DNA of 61,328 nucleotides, filler included, from Bonamia ostreae (Eukaryota): NCBI GenBank assembly GCA_040357525.1. It is 17 parts of 17 records of this genome, joined end to end, with 100 filler letters (N's around TTAATTAATTAA, not from the genome) between each part and the next. Parts side by side here need not be neighbours in the genome. Positions count along the whole stretch, not along the records: positions 57,843 to 61,328 come from JBDODL010000494.1; 16 more parts are not named here. One strand, 5' to 3'. Shown piece by piece: positions 57,743 to 61,328 of this stretch (position 1 is its first letter; each line of letters starts with the position of its first letter). The notes under the pieces were generated by a model. It saw only the letters and a program-made list of their open reading frames with translations, ran no database searches and was not told where the DNA came from. The position numbers and the translations under genes were made by a program.

Positions 57743-58213
57743 NNNNNNNNNNNNNNNNNNNNNNNNNNNNNNNNNNNNNNNNNNNNTTAATTAATTAANN
57801 NNNNNNNNNNNNNNNNNNNNNNNNNNNNNNNNNNNNNNNNNNTACAATAAGCTCAATTTATTTAGCTAATATAAATGGCGACTCAGAGATAGACTTAAAA
57901 AAACTATTTTGTAATTACGTGCTTATAGTTCGTTTTATCCTACATCACATCACTTTTACCCTGAAAATTTTGATTTGACATTTTTACCTTGTAACAAAAA
58001 CAGTATGATTGAAACTAGAAATTGGTAAAACTAAACAAAAGTGATATTGTCCAAATCTAAGCAACTTTACCAATAACAATACATTTTGTATAGTCAAGTA
58101 CATATATCGATCATTCTCTAAAATTCTTTTTTATAGATTTGCTTTATAAACGTGTGTGAAAGCAAGAAAAGAGTTGCTGTTTGCAACAATACGGTTAAAA
58201 CTTAAATATTAAA

Positions 58214-60955
58214 ATGATATTTTTCTATGTTGTTTTCTTTTCGGATTTCTGCTCAAATGTTTGTATTTCTTCTGGTACTTTTATTCAAAGTTCTGGGAGA
58301 TATTTTTCGAGTGTTGGTGGTATTGTATTCCAAGAAGATTGCTTTGTTTCAAAAAGCATAGACCACAGAAATTTAGCTACTAACACCTTTTCAAATCCTT
58401 ATCCTTGTTTAATAAATAACGTTAAAAGTATGTAAATTTCGAAATTTCTTTAAAAGTGATTGTAAATTGGAGGGTCTTAATTATTTTTTGGAAAATTGTC
58501 AAATTGATTCGAATTACGATATTTTTGTTTCATACAATGGCAAACTTACAAAAACTGTTCGCTGTGACAGCTTTATACCTTTGGCGGATTCGGATTTTTT
58601 AAAAGGTTTTTAGACAAATAAATAAGTATGTGGAATACCATTTAGTAATCAAAGCATACAAGAATTTCCTCAGTGCGTGACAGATGATACTAAAAAAAAG
58701 TTTCATGGTTCTTGCACTTTTCATGCAAATTCCGGATACAAATTTGTAATTGGAACGCAATACTCAGATTCTATAACTTTGGCTTGTGATTCTGGTGAAA
58801 TAAATCAAAGTGGTATTAATGTAATGAAATTTTGCGATCTTCCTCCAAATAGCTTGACAGAAGACTTTAAAAGCAATGCTAACTGCCATTTAGATAGTAA
58901 CAACAAATTTGCTGGTGTTTGTGAGACAATTTCAAATTCAATATTTTTTGTTGAATTTTACAATAGTAGAGAGTCTTCCAATAGTCGTCTCGAATGTAAT
59001 GATTCTTATAACAAAAATTTGTACATGAGGAAAAAATGTTTTTGAACTTTTTTGACTATTGTTAATACATTCAGTTAGTCAAATTATATTGTGAATTTAA
59101 AATTTAATAAAATTTGAAGTTATCAATCTTCCTTCTTGCGAGGGAGTAGTTTTCAATGCCGATAGTTGTGAAAAACGTGACAATCAATTCTATAAAGAAG
59201 GCTGTAAAATTACTTTTAACGAGAATAAAGTATATAGTCAAAATTTCAGCGACAATTTTGTTCTAAATACCAAAAATGTAAATAATCTTTGTGGTTCAAT
59301 CTACACGTCTTGCAATATCCCAGATAATGTCGATACCGGAAACGATTGCATTACAAAAAATAACATGTTCATTCAAACCTGCCAATTCAGCGCACAGGAT
59401 TCTTATGCTTTCAAAAACGGCATGGATTTTAAAAAAACGCATGAACTAAGATGCCCATTTACATCAAATAACTTCATCCTCGTCGAAGGGTGCAACACAC
59501 AATTTTTGGGTGATAAATCGTTAAATAGTAATGATTGCACAATTATTGGTTTATATATATTCGGAAATTGTGATTTATCGTATAATCACATTCAATTTCA
59601 AAATGAAAATAATAAACTTGAGCAATATTTCAAATATCGATGTTCAGAAGGCAATGACAATTCTAGAGATATAGTTCCCGTAAAGGGTTTTATTTTACTC
59701 GCTATTTAATTTAGCAATTATTAAAACCTTCCACAATTATCTTCATTTAACTATTATCTTAAAAAGGTTGTCCCGTATCTAATACAAATGAGATCAAATT
59801 ACATACCTGTAACATAATTGATGGATACTTTTACTTGGAGTGTGAGTTTAAATTGCCAAAGGGATATCAATATTTAAATTCCAATGGGGAGTATAAAGAC
59901 AGATTAAATAGAAAATGTTCTATCAATGGAATTCAAGATAAAACAGATTTCGTTATAGAAAAAGGATGTGTTCTCCCAACATTAAATATCGAAAACAAAC
60001 TATTGTTTGGCACGGATTGCTTTATTAAAGAAGGATATTATTACAGAACTTGCTCTGTCGAAGCAGAAGAAAATTATTTGATTAAATTAGATAGCTCGTT
60101 CGTCGAAATGTTTGAACTTAAATGTGTGAAAGGAATTGCGAACTTAGAGACGATTATTGTGGTACATTGTTTTTTTGTAATTAAAAGTTTGTAAATTTCC
60201 GGTATTTGTGAGTTCTCCCATTGTCTCCACAAATTGCACGTCGTACCAAGACTTTTTTATGGGCGATTGCATTGCTTTTTCCAATGATAGCGAATATCGA
60301 CTTCTGGAAGAAAACAAAATTGTTGAAAACGTTTTTTTGGTTTGTAACAATAATTTTGATCCTGAGAAAAAAACAGCCGTTGTGAAAAAACGTTTTTTTA
60401 TAATTATTTTAAGCTTGTAAAGTACCTGCTTTGGAAATTTCTGATTCCCTTGATTATTCGATGTGTATTACAGATTCAAAAAATGAGATTTATTTTGGTA
60501 AATGCCAAGTTAAAACGATGGAAAATTTTTTTATTGAAAAAAATAGAAAGATTTTATATAAAGAAGATATTATCTGCTCAGATTCTGGAGTTAGCTCGGT
60601 AACTAAAATTGAAGTGCACAAAATTACAAACCAGTGTAATCTTGAAAAAATAGATAATGGTAGTATAAAAGAAGGTTGCATTAAAAATGGCAATTGTTTC
60701 TATTACTGCAATTTTTTCTATGTTTCAGAGCAGAAAACACGTGAAGGTTTTTCTGTATGCCTTTCTACTGGTTTCAATCAAATGCCAAAATGCAGCAAAA
60801 ACACTTGGTATTATGTTGTATTTATTTCTTTTCCGATCTTGTTTCTTGTTGTAATTGGTGTTATATCTTTTTTGTTCACCAATCGAAAGAAAAAGAAAAC
60901 TAAAAAATCAATATCTGATGAGCCTGATTTCGAAATTCTTGAAATCGAAAGTTGA
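58214..60955 (+). CDS. Type I membrane protein with many Cys-rich, sushi/CCP-like modules, multi-exon
   Basis: Signal-like MIFFYVVFFSDFCS; repeated ~55-65-aa C..C..G.C..C modules separated by short introns; TM WYYVVFISFPILFLVVIGVISFLF followed by RKKKK. Confidence 0.75.
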
Positions 60956-61328
60956 TTAAACATTTTAAATGATACAGTTCTTTTACATTTTTAACATTTA
61001 TCTTCTTATCCTTGTTATTTGCAAAGAAATAAAAATTTCTTTTCTTATATGTGAAGGGATAAAAATTTAAAACTGGGACTGTATTCTCTGAAGTTGACCC
61101 CCCCCCCACACACATTTCTTCCATTTTAATAGACCCTGAAACATAATATAAGATCTGTTTCGGCTAAATAAGCGTGCCACTTCATTATACCCACGTTTTT
61201 AGTTAAAAGTTATTTCATAGAAGAAGAAAAATTTAACTGAATCTGAAAAAATAAAAATTCTAGAGCTAAAAATAGCAAAAATTCTATTTCGTCAATTTCC
61301 AAGTTGATCAGTCGCTACTGAAAGACTG

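Noticed and set aside
603-60955. Alternative genetic code (stop reassignment) as the cause of fragmented ORFs
   Set aside because: In conserved genes the in-frame stops fall inside removable introns. Genes end normally in TAA or TGA, and Trp is TGG.

Overview
This window is not prokaryotic and is not one continuous locus. It is 17 eukaryotic contigs of about 3.5 kb, ordered by decreasing length and joined by artificial N44-TTAATTAATTAA-N44 linkers. Sixteen contigs come from an AT-rich, gene-dense protist genome. It has tiny spliceosomal introns (mostly 19-28 nt) with atypical GTT...AAG ends, plus a few long introns filled with minisatellites. One contig (39851-43353) looks like animal DNA, possibly mollusc. 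An invertebrate parasite such as a haplosporidian/ascetosporean is therefore my best guess, but this is inference only. Recognisable genes: PHO80-like cyclin, RRP6, IMP4, two SLBP-like genes, POLD3, group XII PLA2, cyclophilin B, an RCC1-repeat protein, SmD1, ESF1, exportin-7, a SART3-like HAT protein, Glk-type glucokinase, METTL18, LipB, PP2A-B56, TIP30, PA28, a RING protein, an RRP7-like protein and ERGIC3. Best leads: the unusual micro-intron splice signals; a ~270-nt highly structured intergenic ncRNA candidate (49160-49437); a collagen plus His-rich repeat protein; a catalytically eroded glucokinase paralogue head-to-head with the active gene; paired SLBP paralogues; two paralogous ~50-aa microproteins missing from the ORF track; and a triple-pseudokinase protein. 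All family calls rest on recalled motifs, not database searches.
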